A DNA stretch of 64,000 bases from Escherichia coli (GTDB lineage: Bacteria > Pseudomonadota > Gammaproteobacteria > Enterobacterales > Enterobacteriaceae): NCBI RefSeq assembly GCF_001677475.2, contig NZ_CP015229.1. The stretch is one strand, 5' to 3'. The translations under genes were made by a program, and so were the position numbers. Below, in pieces: positions 37,275 through 52,168 of the stretch. Under the pieces are notes generated by a model. The model was not told where the DNA came from. It saw only the letters and a program-made list of their open reading frames with translations, and did not search any database. Positions within the stretch are counted from its first letter, which is position 1. Each line of letters opens with the position of its first letter.

Positions 37275-38066
37275 TCAGATGCCGACGCTAACCGTCTCCG
37301 GCAGTGTGCTGCCGCCATCAATCACATTCTGTGTACCGGTTAAATAACTTGATTCATCCGATGCGAGGAAGGCTGCCAGTTCGCCGACTTCCAGCGGATC
37401 GGCGAGGCGACGCATCGGGATTGCTTTTGCCATTTCAGTCAGCACCGATTCTGGATCTTCCGGGTTCGACTGGCGGGCAATGCTTTCCGCCATTGGCGTG
37501 CGAACGTATCCCGGGCAGATGGCGTTAACGCGAATACCAGACTGCGCGTACTCCACCGCCAGCGATTTAGTCAGGCCAACAATCGCCGCTTTCGTTAAGG
37601 CGTACGCCGTTTCACCCGGATCGGCCACCATATCGCCAGTGACCGAAGACATCATCACAATGCGACCATCTTTGCGGGCAATCATCTCCGGCAGCACCGC
37701 CTTCGTGACGTTCCATACGCCTTTAATATTGATATCAATATGGAAATCGCGATCTTCATCGCTCATATCGAGGAAACTGCCCAGACGACAAACGCCTGCG
37801 TTATTCACCAGGATATCAATGCGCCCTTCTTTTTCCTTCGCGCGCTTGATAGCTGCGGCTACCGACGCCGGGTCACGCACATCGGCGACAACCGCCGTAC
37901 AGCGATGACCACGACCACACAGTTCGTCCGCCAGTTTTTCGATCTCAGGGGAGATATCCAGCAAGATTAGGTTTGCGCCATGACGCGCAAAAGTTCTGGC
38001 AATTCCTTCGCCAATTCCCTGCAATGCGCCCGTAATCAGTGCTGTCTTGCCCGTGAGTTTACCCAT
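37275..38066 (-). CDS. ucpA: Short-chain dehydrogenase/reductase UcpA
   Basis: ORF track 285 aa; AAGGAGA RBS supports start at MGKLTGKTALITGALQGIGEGIA (263 aa), classical SDR TGxxxGIG and YxxxK motifs. Confidence 0.92.
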   Translation of the reverse strand: MGKLTGKTALITGALQGIGEGIARTFARHGANLILLDISPEIEKLADELCGRGHRCTAVVADVRDPASVAAAIKRAKEKEGRIDILVNNAGVCRLGSFLDMSDEDRDFHIDINIKGVWNVTKAVLPEMIARKDGRIVMMSSVTGDMVADPGETAYALTKAAIVGLTKSLAVEYAQSGIRVNAICPGYVRTPMAESIARQSNPEDPESVLTEMAKAIPMRRLADPLEVGELAAFLASDESSYLTGTQNVIDGGSTLPETVSVGI

Positions 38067-38194
38067 TTTAATGCTCTCCTTGTTAATACAGAGCGTTACA
38101 CTCCATTCCCTCTGAAAATACAGGATAAACAAAATATTGCTGCGGATCAGCTCACTAATTCAGGAAAATCTCAATTCAGTCGCTGCTTTATGCA

Positions 38195-39052
38195 TCATTT
38201 CAGGCGTTGCGTTAGCTCACTGCTGCGCTCAATCATTTTCAATGACTCCACATCATTGAGTTGCACAAGGCCAACAAACAGTAAATCGGTAACAGAATTT
38301 TGCGCCGTGCGGGTGGACATCGACGAGCTGCGCCATTCGGTTTCGCCAGAAACGGTATCGAGGGTGAAATGCGCCAGCCGCCGCAGCGGGGAATCGGTTA
38401 ACGAGGTAATGGCAATCACCGTTGCCCCCTGCTTTCGCGCTGCCTCGGCGCACAGCACAATCTCTTTTTTACTGCCGCTGTAAGAGATAGCGATTTGTAC
38501 ATCGCCTTTTTTTAGCGCCTGGGAAACGGTGGCTTGTACATGTGTGTCGGCTTCGCAGGCCACGCGATAGCCAATTTTCATCAGTTTGAATGAAAGATCG
38601 CGCCCCACCAGCGCCGACCCGCCCAGGCCCGTTATCTGGATAAACGGTGCTTTACTGATGACCTCAATGATTTTTTGCAGCCGCGCGTAGTCGAACAACG
38701 CGCAGGTTTGCTCCAGCGCCAGTTCTTTTTCGCGATTCAGTTTGCGGGCAATCACTTCCAGCGAATCATCACTGGTAATCGAACTGTGCAGGTGCAGCGC
38801 CGTGGCATTCGTTTTCTCCCGGCTGGCACTGTATTCGCCAATTAACGCCATACGCAATTCAGTAAATCCTTGCGCGCCGAGCTTCTGGGCAAACTTCACA
38901 ATACTCGACTGACTGATGCCGAGCTGTTTCGCCATCTTGCGCGAAGAAACGGATTTCAGCTCACTCACGTTGTCCTGCAGAAAGTCAGCAATTTTTTGCT
39001 CGTTCTCGGTAAATTCACTTTCCGCATTGCGTATTTTCGTCAGGTACAACAT
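38195..39052 (-). CDS. murR: RpiR/SIS-family repressor MurR
   Basis: ORF track 370 aa; start chosen at [24 protein letters not shown] (285 aa), HTH plus SIS domain; divergent from murQ. Confidence 0.9.
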   Translation of the reverse strand: MLYLTKIRNAESEFTENEQKIADFLQDNVSELKSVSSRKMAKQLGISQSSIVKFAQKLGAQGFTELRMALIGEYSASREKTNATALHLHSSITSDDSLEVIARKLNREKELALEQTCALFDYARLQKIIEVISKAPFIQITGLGGSALVGRDLSFKLMKIGYRVACEADTHVQATVSQALKKGDVQIAISYSGSKKEIVLCAEAARKQGATVIAITSLTDSPLRRLAHFTLDTVSGETEWRSSSMSTRTAQNSVTDLLFVGLVQLNDVESLKMIERSSELTQRLK

Positions 39053-39215
39053 CTTCCACTCTCCTGGGCTGGCAGCAAAAATTCCGCTTAAGTTCTTATG
39101 ACGCTCTTCACACTCTGCGAGTGTAGACTCAATGATTCCTTTAAGTCTGTCAATTCGGGATATATGATTCCATACATCTGCAATTATTTGATCGTAAATA
39201 GTAAGGTCACCACCG

Positions 39216-40112
39216 ATGCAACTTGAAAAGATGATTACCGAAGGCTCGAACGCCGCCTCGGCTGAAATTGACCGCGTATCAACGCTGGAAATGTGCCGGA
39301 TTATCAACGATGAAGATAAAACCGTGCCGCTTGCCGTTGAGCGCGTACTGCCGGATATCGCCGCAGCGATCGATGTTATCCACGCCCAGGTAAGCGGCGG
39401 CGGGCGTCTGATTTATCTCGGTGCGGGAACATCAGGTCGTCTGGGGATTCTGGATGCCAGCGAATGTCCGCCGACCTACGGCGTGAAACCGGGCCTGGTA
39501 GTTGGTTTGATTGCTGGCGGCGAATATGCTATTCAGCACGCGGTGGAAGGCGCGGAAGATAGCCGGGAAGGTGGTATTAATGATCTGAAAAATATCGGCT
39601 TAACCGCGCAGGATGTGGTGGTTGGTATTGCGGCCAGCGGACGCACGCCGTATGTGATTGCCGGACTGGAATACGCACGCCAGCTTGGCTGCCGCACAGT
39701 GGGAATTTCCTGTAATCCCGGGAGCGCTGTTTCAACTACCGCAGAGTTTGCCATTACGCCGGTAGTTGGGGCCGAAGTGGTCACTGGTTCTTCTCGAATG
39801 AAAGCAGGTACGGCGCAGAAACTGGTGCTCAACATGCTCTCCACCGGGCTGATGATTAAATCCGGCAAAGTGTTCGGCAACCTGATGGTCGATGTGGTCG
39901 CCACCAACGAAAAACTGCATGTGCGCCAGGTCAATATCGTTAAAAACGCCACCGGATGTAATACCGAACAAGCAGAAGCGGCGTTAATTGCCTGCGAACG
40001 CAACTGTAAAACTGCCATTGTGATGGTGCTGAAAAATCTCGATGCCGCAGAAGCTAAAAAACGCCTGGATCAACACGGCGGCTTTATTCGTCAGGTTTTA
40101 GACAAGGAATAA
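39216..40112 (+). CDS. murQ: N-acetylmuramic acid 6-phosphate etherase
   Basis: 298 aa; [41 protein letters not shown] domain. Confidence 0.97.
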   Translation: MQLEKMITEGSNAASAEIDRVSTLEMCRIINDEDKTVPLAVERVLPDIAAAIDVIHAQVSGGGRLIYLGAGTSGRLGILDASECPPTYGVKPGLVVGLIAGGEYAIQHAVEGAEDSREGGINDLKNIGLTAQDVVVGIAASGRTPYVIAGLEYARQLGCRTVGISCNPGSAVSTTAEFAITPVVGAEVVTGSSRMKAGTAQKLVLNMLSTGLMIKSGKVFGNLMVDVVATNEKLHVRQVNIVKNATGCNTEQAEAALIACERNCKTAIVMVLKNLDAAEAKKRLDQHGGFIRQVLDKE

Positions 40113-40115
40113 CCC

Positions 40116-41540
<1,425 letters not shown>

Positions 41541-41545
41541 TATCA

Positions 41546-41635
41546 TGAAACGGACAATGCTCTATCTTTCTCTGCTGGCTGTTAGCTGCAGCGTCAGCGC
41601 CGCAAAATACCCTGTTCTGACAGAAGGTAGTTGAT
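41546..41635 (+). pseudogene. yfeW: 29-codon ORF encoding only a signal-peptide-like sequence; probable 5' remnant of yfeW (PBP4B)
   Basis: MKRTMLYLSLLAVSCSVSAAKYPVLTEGS then stop; in the reference gene order a ~430 aa penicillin-binding protein follows murP here, but only ~180 bp separate murP and yfeX in this window. Confidence 0.5.
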
Positions 41636-41663
41636 CAAGTATATGCGGCGTTAAAGCAGTAAT

Positions 41664-41700
41664 AAAAAGGCCAGTCAGTAATGTTACTGCCTGGCCTTTA
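41664..41700. terminator. Bidirectional terminator hairpin before the yfeX stop
   Basis: AAAGGCCAG-TCAGTAATGTTACTGC-CTGGCCTTT long inverted repeat. Confidence 0.7.
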
Positions 41701-41719
41701 ATCAATGAATCAGAAACGC

Positions 41720-42703
<984 letters not shown>

Positions 42704-42714
42704 TCAGACGCAAA

Positions 42715-43290
42715 TTAACGCCGCCAGATAATTTTACTGACTTTCCAGTTTTTCAGGGTATCGTCAGAAGGCATTAACCCTTCAGGACCACTCCATTCCC
42801 CGCTGAACTGGTAGCTAATATGTTGACTGCCTTCGGCTTTACATTCGACGGCACGATTATCATCACTGTCGGCCTTTTGGCAATTGCCAAATGCTTTGCT
42901 GTAAAGGTCGCTAAACGGTGTACCGATTTTAACACCGGTGTCAGCAGCAATATCGCTATCCAGCACATCAATGCGGCTGATCGTGCCTTGATCGCCGTTA
43001 ATCACCATCGCCACGTTGTCGCCTTTCATCACTTCAAAAAAGCGCACCACGTTGCCGTTCGCGGTTTTCATTCCGCTGCGCAGGCGATAATCGCCATCAA
43101 GCGCATCGGCAATGGCTTGTTCTTGCAGTGGTGTGGACGCCGTTAATTCACCCACGCCCTGCTCGCTCACTTTGGTGGACGAACCAAACCAGTTCCACGG
43201 GTTAGCGGCAGACCAGTTAACTGACGACATCGTGGAACAGCCGGCCAGCATCAACGGCATAGCGCATAACATTAAACGCAGCGATTTCAT
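42715..43290 (-). CDS. yfeY: Lipoprotein YfeY (DUF1131)
   Basis: 191 aa; lipobox MKSLRLMLCAMPLMLAGCS. Confidence 0.88.
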   Translation of the reverse strand: MKSLRLMLCAMPLMLAGCSTMSSVNWSAANPWNWFGSSTKVSEQGVGELTASTPLQEQAIADALDGDYRLRSGMKTANGNVVRFFEVMKGDNVAMVINGDQGTISRIDVLDSDIAADTGVKIGTPFSDLYSKAFGNCQKADSDDNRAVECKAEGSQHISYQFSGEWSGPEGLMPSDDTLKNWKVSKIIWRR

Positions 43291-43350
43291 GTCACTTCCT
43301 TTGGTTATTCAATAACGTTGCTTGGAGTGCAAATTCACCAAAAAGTGCCG

Positions 43351-43800
43351 TTATTCTTTTTCTTCATTAAAACAAGCGCGTAAACGTCGATTGGTCAGCA
43401 GCCAGATTAACGCCACAATATCCGCCACTACCAGCGCCAGACCGATACCGCTAACGGATTCACCGTTCAGCCACAGCCACGGTTGCCAGCAAAGTAAAAC
43501 CACTTGCGCTAACAGCAACAGAAAATAGAGCCCATGCCAGGTGCGAGGAAACGTAGCCCGCCGACCGCTCAACAAAAACGCCAGCACCGCCGGAATGCCA
43601 GGAATCAGCCCCAGCCAGAAATTATCGTGATCGGGATAAAACAGATTTAGCAGCGCAGTACCCTGCTCGCGCGACGCACCGGCAATGACAAACAGCACCC
43701 AGGTTCGCGCCTGAAGCAATAGCACAAGCCAGAAGAGCAAGGGTAAACGCAGGCGACCGTGCGCATCATAATGGACAGGATGAAACTCAGTACTCTTCAT
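43351..43800 (-). CDS. yfeZ: Inner-membrane protein YfeZ
   Basis: 149-151 aa hydrophobic ORF ([29 protein letters not shown]); exact start (43806 or 43800) uncertain. Confidence 0.8.
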
Positions 43801-44212
43801 CTTCAATCAAACGCTTACCCAGACTCAGCACGTCGGCGTGTTCATATCCCAGGCGTTCATACATTCCGAGCACCATGTCGTTATCTTCCGGCACATTGAT
43901 CTGAATTTTCGGGCAGCCGCGAGCAATCAGCTTTTTCTCCAGCCGGTTAAGCAACGCATTGGCAATCCCACGCCCACGAAACTCAGGATGCACGCCAAGA
44001 TAATAAGCAGACCCGCGATGCCCGTCATAACCGCCCATCACCGTTCCGACCACTTCACCGTTCACCTCAGCGACCAGAAACAAACTGACGTCATGGTTCA
44101 TCTTACGCTCGATGTCCATTTCCGGATCGTTCCACGGACGCAGCAAGTCGCAACGCTCCCAAAGGGTGATTACCTCTTCGAAATCTTCCTGGCGAAATAC
44201 GCGTATCTCCAT
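43787..44212 (-). CDS. ypeA: GNAT-family acetyltransferase YpeA
   Basis: ORF track 178 aa; start chosen at [24 protein letters not shown] (141 aa); overlaps the yfeZ start by about 14 nt. Confidence 0.88.
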
Positions 44213-44425
44213 GGTATTCGTTACCTTTTTGCGGGTTAAAAGGCTGATTATGGCGTGAACGGTCGAATTAGCCAATATCTGACGAAAATCGGTTGAAAAA
44301 GTGGCATAATGGGGAGTTGTCAACTATTGAAATGAAAAGTAAAACAATTCTCAACAGCAAACCGTCGTAACGGATTACGCGATACGATATAACATCTGGA
44401 ACTTTATTATTACAACTCAGGCCGT

Positions 44426-45295
44426 ATGAGCACTTTTAAACCACTAAAAACACTCACTTCGCGCCGCCAGGTGCTGAAAGCCGGTTTGGCTGCCCTGACG
44501 TTGTCAGGAATGTCGCAAGCCATCGCCAAAGACGAACCTTTAAAAACCAGCAACGGACACAGCAAGCCGAAAGCCAAAAAATCTGGCAGCAAACGTGTCG
44601 TTGTTCTCGATCCAGGCCACGGTGGGATCGATACCGGAGCGATCGGACGCAACGGTTCGAAAGAAAAACATGTGGTGCTGGCGATTGCTAAAAACGTCCG
44701 TTCCATTTTGCGTAATCATGGGATTGATGCGCGTTTAACGCGTTCTGGCGATACGTTTATCCCACTTTACGATCGCGTTGAAATCGCCCATAAACATGGC
44801 GCAGATCTGTTTATGTCAATTCATGCCGATGGCTTTACCAACCCGAAAGCTGCCGGTGCTTCGGTATTTGCCCTCTCTAACCGTGGGGCAAGTAGCGCAA
44901 TGGCGAAATACCTGTCTGAACGCGAAAACCGCGCCGATGAAGTTGCCGGTAAAAAGGCGACTGACAAGGATCACCTATTGCAGCAAGTGCTGTTTGATCT
45001 GGTGCAAACCGATACTATTAAAAACAGCCTGACGCTTGGCTCGCATATTCTGAAAAAGATTAAGCCGGTGCATAAACTGCACAGCCGCAACACCGAACAA
45101 GCCGCGTTTGTGGTGTTGAAATCGCCGTCGGTTCCTTCGGTGCTGGTGGAAACCTCGTTTATCACCAACCCGGAAGAAGAGCGACTGTTAGGCACGGCGG
45201 CGTTTCGTCAGAAAATCGCCACAGCGATTGCTGAAGGCGTGATCAGTTATTTCCACTGGTTCGACAACCAGAAAGCACATTCGAAAAAGCGATAA
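44426..45295 (+). CDS. amiA: N-acetylmuramoyl-L-alanine amidase AmiA
   Basis: 289 aa; Tat-type signal (SRRQVLKAGLAALTLSG), amidase_3 domain. Confidence 0.95.
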   Translation: MSTFKPLKTLTSRRQVLKAGLAALTLSGMSQAIAKDEPLKTSNGHSKPKAKKSGSKRVVVLDPGHGGIDTGAIGRNGSKEKHVVLAIAKNVRSILRNHGIDARLTRSGDTFIPLYDRVEIAHKHGADLFMSIHADGFTNPKAAGASVFALSNRGASSAMAKYLSERENRADEVAGKKATDKDHLLQQVLFDLVQTDTIKNSLTLGSHILKKIKPVHKLHSRNTEQAAFVVLKSPSVPSVLVETSFITNPEEERLLGTAAFRQKIATAIAEGVISYFHWFDNQKAHSKKR

Positions 45296-46198
<903 letters not shown>

Positions 46199-46203
46199 CT
46201 CCC

Positions 46204-47256
46204 TCACCCCCATTCCCGCATCCGCTGATGCAACGTCAACGACGGCTTCTCGGCAAACAGCTGCTGGTAATCCGTGGCAAATTGCCCCAGATGCCAGAAT
46301 CCCCACTGCATGGCGGCGTCTTTTACCGTTGTGCTTTGCGACCACGGGCTTATCAGTTCGCGGCGTACGGCATTCAGGCGAATGCGTTTCAGCCACGCGT
46401 TCGGGCCAATGCCTAAAATAGCGTGAAACGCGTTTTGTAGCGTGCGGCGACTGACATGCAGTTGATTACACAAATCCAGCACCGTCACCGGTTCGGACAT
46501 GTTTTCCAGCACATATTCACGGGCGCGGGAAAGTAATCTACGGTAACTCTGATGACTGATGCTTTCCGCCGTCACCATTGGTTGCGCTTCTTCCAGCATC
46601 GCCCCCATCGCCATTAGCAAATTATCCCCCAGCACTTTTCGCACTGCAGGCTGATGGAGATTTTCCGGGTTCTCGCAAAACGTCGCCAGCGCCTGTTGGA
46701 CAAAGCCCCACAGCGCGGCTTTATGCTGCTCTTTCACTTCCAGCGCCGACTGGCTACGCAGCATATGTAATACCCGATCCGGATTATGCAAAAAGTTAGC
46801 CTGACGGGTGATGACATCTTCAGAAAGCACTACGCCCAGGATCGTGTAATCGTCCGGCGTACTTAATTCAAACTCAGTGCCACCGGGGCGCGTCGCTATT
46901 TCTGCGCTTCCCAGACATTGCGAACCGATAAATCCCTGCTCACCGCGCGTCGCCGGAATGCCAAACCAGAACGAGTTCGGCCAGACCAGGCACGACTGAC
47001 GCAGTGCCAGACCGGTGTATTCACGAAAAACCTGAATATCATCGAGTAGAATTTCCGTAAATTCACCATGAAACTTGCCCGGATGCAGCTGATCGTAAAT
47101 CTGCTGCCAGGCGGTAATCGTTAAAGCATGTTCATAGACATCCGTTGTCTGTCGTTGATGAACATTATCCACTTCGACCTTCGGCGTGAGCTTCAGGTTT
47201 TCGGGTAAGGGTTCATGATAAAGATGGTGCAAATTGGCTGTACGGGTCTTTTTCAT
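46204..47256 (-). CDS. eutR: AraC-family activator of the eut operon
   Basis: 350 aa; C-terminal AraC HTH; stop is 5 bp from the convergent hemF stop. Confidence 0.95.
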   Translation of the reverse strand: MKKTRTANLHHLYHEPLPENLKLTPKVEVDNVHQRQTTDVYEHALTITAWQQIYDQLHPGKFHGEFTEILLDDIQVFREYTGLALRQSCLVWPNSFWFGIPATRGEQGFIGSQCLGSAEIATRPGGTEFELSTPDDYTILGVVLSEDVITRQANFLHNPDRVLHMLRSQSALEVKEQHKAALWGFVQQALATFCENPENLHQPAVRKVLGDNLLMAMGAMLEEAQPMVTAESISHQSYRRLLSRAREYVLENMSEPVTVLDLCNQLHVSRRTLQNAFHAILGIGPNAWLKRIRLNAVRRELISPWSQSTTVKDAAMQWGFWHLGQFATDYQQLFAEKPSLTLHQRMREWG

Positions 47257-47301
47257 GATGTTAATGCCAGGTGTTGTAGGACACCCGGCACCTCCGACAG
47301 G

Positions 47302-47802
47302 TTAATGGGGCTTGAGACGATAACGACTACTGCGTTTACGTAACGTCCCGGCAGAAAAGAGCTGTTCGAGCGCATTTCTGGCTTTTTCCAGCGGCCAGCC
47401 AAAGTGGGCAGCCACTTCTCCTGCCGTCATTCCCTGACGTACTGATGTTAACAGCGCCAACAACTCGTCAGCAGATTCCGCGACGATAACTGGCGCGTCG
47501 GGTTCCTTTACGGGTTGCTTCGGCTGGCGGTTAAAGCCAGTAACCAGCCACTGGGTGTCATCGTCTGGCCGACCGATCTCCTTACGGCTGATGACACGCC
47601 CGGTACGCATCGCGGCAGCACAACCTGCGTCCAGCGCAGCACGACACGCCGCCAGATCGCCTTCCACCACCAGCGTTAAGCGACCAGGGTCAAGCACTTC
47701 GTGACTGAGCAGACGAACGTTAGCTGCTTTGAGCATGGCATCCGCTGCATCTATCGCGGCGACCATGCCGTCCACTTCCAGCAATCCCAGTGCATTGATC
47801 AT
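47302..47802 (-). CDS. eutK: Microcompartment shell protein EutK (BMC domain plus C-terminal nucleic-acid-binding-like domain)
   Basis: MINALGLLEVDGMVAAIDAADAMLKAANVRLL (BMC fold); start 47802 or 47808. Confidence 0.92.
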   Translation of the reverse strand: MINALGLLEVDGMVAAIDAADAMLKAANVRLLSHEVLDPGRLTLVVEGDLAACRAALDAGCAAAMRTGRVISRKEIGRPDDDTQWLVTGFNRQPKQPVKEPDAPVIVAESADELLALLTSVRQGMTAGEVAAHFGWPLEKARNALEQLFSAGTLRKRSSRYRLKPH

Positions 47803-47814
47803 CGGCAACCTCCA

Positions 47815-48474
47815 TTACGCACGCTGGATTGGATTACGCGCGATTTCCAGCACTGCATCGGTAAAGGCGTTACAGGCCGCTTTACACGCTGCCTGGCTAC
47901 CGGTTAAAAATGCTGCCGAGTAGTTAGTTTCAGACGGTGGCGGGACATAGGTCACCAGCTGTACGTCGGCAGATTTCAGGGCTGCATCAATGCCGTAGGT
48001 CGCTTCCAGCGGCGGTGCCACCAGATACGCCATCGGATCGCCAAGCGTGATCCCGGCGGTTGATGAGAGATAAGAACCGGTACGCGAAACTACATGTGCC
48101 AGGAAGGCTGTATTTTCTGCGTCATTAGCCCACTGGAAAGCAGCGCCATTTTCAATATGCGCAACCATCGCATCCAGACCTGCACGCACTTCCGCCGGGT
48201 TTGGCCCACCAAGCATAATCAGCACTTCACCGGCAGTCGGTGACGGTCCGTGTGCAGCGCCCGCATACAGCGAGCGACCATACACCACTTCGACCATCGC
48301 CTGTTTGGTCGCTTCGTCAGCCGCAATGTAGGTTACGTCATCGGAGTCGGCAGAAATCAGCCCGAGGCTACGAATATGCGGCGGCAATTTCAGTTCACGC
48401 GCAAATTCGGCGTTAACGGAGGCAATCACCCGCATGGCGGTGACAGACGGTCGAATCAAATCTAAAGCTGGCAT
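47815..48474 (-). CDS. eutL: Microcompartment shell protein EutL (tandem BMC domain)
   Basis: 219 aa. Confidence 0.95.
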   Translation of the reverse strand: MPALDLIRPSVTAMRVIASVNAEFARELKLPPHIRSLGLISADSDDVTYIAADEATKQAMVEVVYGRSLYAGAAHGPSPTAGEVLIMLGGPNPAEVRAGLDAMVAHIENGAAFQWANDAENTAFLAHVVSRTGSYLSSTAGITLGDPMAYLVAPPLEATYGIDAALKSADVQLVTYVPPPSETNYSAAFLTGSQAACKAACNAFTDAVLEIARNPIQRA

Positions 48475-48483
48475 GATGCCTCC

Positions 48484-49371
48484 TTATCGGGTCATGTTGA
48501 TGCCGGATGCTTTCTGCTCCAGCATACGTTTCGCCAAATCCACAATGACGGCTGCGGCTTCAACCGGCGGTGTGCCGCCCTGGTGAATGTTAGAGATACA
48601 GGTGCGATCGGCCTCAACGGTGGTCGCCATACGCGGCGAGTAAACGGCGTAGCAGGAGAGGCTTTCTGACTGCCCTAATCCCGGGCGTTCGCCCACCAGC
48701 AGGATCACCACTTTCGCGCCGAGGATCTCACCGATCTGATCTTCAATCTTCACGCGACCATAACGAACAAAGAATGGCGTACCGACTTTCAGCCCGGCCT
48801 GTTTCAGGCCCGCCATCAGCGGCGGCAGGATCTCTTCGTAGTTCACGGTGATCGCATCAGTTGACAGGCCATCAGAAATAACGACCTGCACGTCCGGATT
48901 GGCAACACACTGCGCTTTCAGCGCTTCAACAGCTTCTGCACTCAGGCGGCGGCCCATATCCGGGCGAGTCAGGTAGAGATTTTTGTCGCTAATTTCAGAG
49001 CGTACTTCCAGCAAGCCCTGCGCTTTCACCCACTCTTCCGGCACTTCTTTAAGTACGGTATCTTTCGAACGAGAGTGATCGGCCAGGAAACGCAGCAACG
49101 CCTGGGTACGCGGACGCGGACCGGCACGACCGGTACAAACGCGGGCCACGGTGCTGCGACGCAGTTCTGTTAACACATCCGCACGATGTGGGTTTTCAAC
49201 ACCAATCCACGCTTTTGCTTCCGCAGAACCTAAATCCAGCGCGCAGCTTTCCGAGGTCACCGATGCCGCACAGGTGGTGGTGGCGCACTTTGCTTCTGAC
49301 GGCTCGGGGGCCGTTTGTCCCATTGACGCCATCACGCTGCGTACAATTTCTTCAATCTGTTTTTGATCCAT
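48484..49371 (-). CDS. eutC: Ethanolamine ammonia-lyase small subunit
   Basis: 295 aa; [18 protein letters not shown]. Confidence 0.96.
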   Translation of the reverse strand: MDQKQIEEIVRSVMASMGQTAPEPSEAKCATTTCAASVTSESCALDLGSAEAKAWIGVENPHRADVLTELRRSTVARVCTGRAGPRPRTQALLRFLADHSRSKDTVLKEVPEEWVKAQGLLEVRSEISDKNLYLTRPDMGRRLSAEAVEALKAQCVANPDVQVVISDGLSTDAITVNYEEILPPLMAGLKQAGLKVGTPFFVRYGRVKIEDQIGEILGAKVVILLVGERPGLGQSESLSCYAVYSPRMATTVEADRTCISNIHQGGTPPVEAAAVIVDLAKRMLEQKASGINMTR

Positions 49372-49391
49372 GATGTGTTATCTCCGCGTCA

Positions 49392-50753
49392 TCAGAAGAA
49401 CAGTGACGGATCGCCCGCCCGTTTGGTCAGGCGACCGTTTGCCATAATGCCCATGCTTTCCAGCCAGCGCTCAAACTCCGGTGACGGGCGCAGGTTGAGT
49501 AACTGACGCACAGTGGCAGTGTCGTGGAAGGCCGTGGTCTGGTAGTTGAGCATGATGTCATCGCCTAACGGCATCCCCATGATGTAGTTGCAGCCTGCGG
49601 TGGCGAGCAGGATCATCAGGTTTTCGTTGAGGTTCTGGTCAGCGTCAGCGTGGTTGGTGTAACAGCAGTCACAGCCCATAGAGATGCCGCTCAGCTTGCC
49701 CATAAAGTGATCTTCTAAGCCCGCACGGATAATCTGACGGTCATTGTAGAGATACTCCGGCCCAATAAAGCCGACCACGGTGTTGACGATAAACGGATCG
49801 TAATGACGCGCCAGCCCATAGTTACGTGCTTCCATCGTCACCTGGTCTGCGCCGAAGTTAGCGCCAGCGGATAGCGCTGAACCTTGTCCGGTTTCGAAGT
49901 AGAGGCAGTTTTCCCCGGCGATACGGTTGAACTCTGCACCCACTGCGCGCGCTTCGTCGAGCATCGCCAGTTCCACACCAAACTCTTTCAGCCCTTTTTC
50001 ACTGCCACAGATACTCTGGAAAATCAGCCCGCCTGGTGCGCCACGACGAATCGCTTCGATCTGGGTGGTGACGTGCGCCAGTACGCAGCCCTGAGTTGGG
50101 ATGTTGAATTTGTCGATCACGCTATAGATGGTGTCCAGCACGCGGCTTAAGTTTTCCACGTCGTCAGTTACCGGGTTGACGCCGATCACCGCATCGCCCA
50201 CCCCGAAGGAAAGCCCTTCGTAGATTTGCGCGGCGATACTTTGCACGTCGTCACGGGTGTCATTTGGCTGCAAACGGGCGCTGAAGGTGCCCGGAATACC
50301 GATGGTGGTATTGGCCTTTTTGATTACCGGCATTTTCTTCGCGCCGTAGATCAGGTCCGCGTTGGAGCAAATCTTCGCTACCGCCGCGACCACTTCCGAG
50401 GTCAGCCCTTTGCGGGTAAAGGCAATGTCGTCCACGCTGGTTTCATCGCTCAGCACATACTCACGCAGTTCGCTGATGCTCCAGTTTTTAATCTGGTTGT
50501 AGGCCGTTTCGTTAACGTCGTCCTGAATCAGCCGCGTCACGCAGTCATCTTCATAGGCAATCACCGGATTATTGCGGATGTCCGCTACGGTCATTTCCGA
50601 CAACACCTGCTTTGCCGCCACGCGCTCCTGTGAGCTTGCCGCTGCAACGCCTGCCAGCACATCCCCCGAACGCAGTTCGTTGGCTTTAGCCAGCACCTCT
50701 TTTACATCCTTAAACTGATATACATTGCCGAACAATGTGGTCTTTAGTTTCAT
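49392..50753 (-). CDS. eutB: Ethanolamine ammonia-lyase large subunit
   Basis: 453 aa; MKLKTTLFGNVYQFKDVKEVLAKANELRSGDVLAG. Confidence 0.97.
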   Translation of the reverse strand: MKLKTTLFGNVYQFKDVKEVLAKANELRSGDVLAGVAAASSQERVAAKQVLSEMTVADIRNNPVIAYEDDCVTRLIQDDVNETAYNQIKNWSISELREYVLSDETSVDDIAFTRKGLTSEVVAAVAKICSNADLIYGAKKMPVIKKANTTIGIPGTFSARLQPNDTRDDVQSIAAQIYEGLSFGVGDAVIGVNPVTDDVENLSRVLDTIYSVIDKFNIPTQGCVLAHVTTQIEAIRRGAPGGLIFQSICGSEKGLKEFGVELAMLDEARAVGAEFNRIAGENCLYFETGQGSALSAGANFGADQVTMEARNYGLARHYDPFIVNTVVGFIGPEYLYNDRQIIRAGLEDHFMGKLSGISMGCDCCYTNHADADQNLNENLMILLATAGCNYIMGMPLGDDIMLNYQTTAFHDTATVRQLLNLRPSPEFERWLESMGIMANGRLTKRAGDPSLFF

Positions 50754-50764
50754 AAGTCGTTCCC

Positions 50765-52168
50765 TCAGGAAGGAAATGCGAGTGATTTCACCGTCACCGG
50801 CACAACCGATCCGCCAAAAAGAGGCGTACCAATGTCGATATAGTCCCCCGCGCGGACAATCACTTCGTCAATGACTGCCAACGGGAGTTGTTGTAGCTGT
50901 GGGCGCAATAACATGCCCAGAGCTTTACCAAAGTCCTGCCCGGCCACCACCAGCAGGGGATGCGGATTCGGAAAACGCGCGACGAAATCGACCAGCGCGT
51001 TGATGACCGTCAGTACCGCGGCGTAACGCACAGGCAGCGAGGCGGGAAGCGCCAGCACGTACGCGTCAGTTTTGGGATCAAGATCCAGCTGAATCAGCGC
51101 CTGTTGCCAGGCACTCACCAGATCCGTTTCATCAATCGGGATCGCCACCGGCAAATTGCGCAGCGGCAGTTGTACGCCCTCCAGCCAGATTGTGCTGCCA
51201 GAGAGCGAAAGGGTATGTGCACCCGCGCCAATCACCGTGGCGCGTACGGTTTGCGCCGGAAACTGCACATTCATCTCACGCAGGCGCGGATGGTCATGCA
51301 GCGCCGTTGCCAGAAGTGGGCCAATATCGGCAAAACAGAACGGGTCGGCGGGCTGGTGGCGATAACATTCGCCCACGCCGCCAGAAAGCGTAATGATTTC
51401 GGGCGTAACACCTGTGGGCAGCAAACCGGTTTGCATCAATGCCTGCGCGAGCGGCGAGAGCGTTCCGTCAATCACTTCGACAATCAGTTCTGCCATCCGC
51501 CGGGTAACCTGCACCAGCTGCGCGCCGGTCAGCGAACGGACGTCAGTGCCTGCACCGAAGCACTCATCCACAATCATCTGCCCCGGTTTATGAGCGTAAA
51601 CCACGCGCCCCTGGCTGTCGGTTTCCAGCAGGCGACCACCGACGTTGAGGCAGGCAGTGCCGCTGATTTTTCCGGCATCGAACAGGGCGTAGTTCGCGGT
51701 GCCACCGCCGATGTCGATATTCAGTACCCGACACAGCCGTTGTTCAGAAAGGGTTTGCGCCCCGGCACCGTGACCAGCGATTACGGATTCGAGGTGCGGC
51801 CCGGCGCTGGCGACGACAAAATCGCCCAGCGACTGAGAGAGCGCCATCACCGCCAGGCGAGCATTGCGGGTTTTCGCGCTTTCACCGGTGATGATGATGG
51901 CACCAGAATCAACGCTTTCCGGCGCAATTCCCGCTGCCTGATATTGCTCTAAAATCAGCGATTTCAGTTCCGCTTCTTTTAAACCACCCTGTTTATCGAC
52001 AGGGGTAAAGAACACCGGGCTTTGCCAGCTAATTTCGCGTTTGATGAATTCGTAGCGCGGCACCTGCGACACCGCCGCACGGTTAACCAGCTCCAGGTGG
52101 GAGAAAATCACCTGGGTGGTGGTGGTGCCGATATCGATACCGACGCTCAGTAGCTGGCGAGTGTTCAC
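50765..52168 (-). CDS. eutA: Ethanolamine ammonia-lyase reactivase EutA
   Basis: 467 aa; MNTRQLLSVGIDIGTTTTQVIFS (ASKHA-like ATPase); 11 bp downstream of eutB with no insertion. Confidence 0.96.
   Translation of the reverse strand: MNTRQLLSVGIDIGTTTTQVIFSHLELVNRAAVSQVPRYEFIKREISWQSPVFFTPVDKQGGLKEAELKSLILEQYQAAGIAPESVDSGAIIITGESAKTRNARLAVMALSQSLGDFVVASAGPHLESVIAGHGAGAQTLSEQRLCRVLNIDIGGGTANYALFDAGKISGTACLNVGGRLLETDSQGRVVYAHKPGQMIVDECFGAGTDVRSLTGAQLVQVTRRMAELIVEVIDGTLSPLAQALMQTGLLPTGVTPEIITLSGGVGECYRHQPADPFCFADIGPLLATALHDHPRLREMNVQFPAQTVRATVIGAGAHTLSLSGSTIWLEGVQLPLRNLPVAIPIDETDLVSAWQQALIQLDLDPKTDAYVLALPASLPVRYAAVLTVINALVDFVARFPNPHPLLVVAGQDFGKALGMLLRPQLQQLPLAVIDEVIVRAGDYIDIGTPLFGGSVVPVTVKSLAFPS

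Noticed and set aside
50960-51952. 330-aa plus-strand ORF inside the eut locus
   Set aside because: Antisense to eutA; Arg/Gln-rich low-complexity translation typical of a GC-rich shadow frame; no start-site context.
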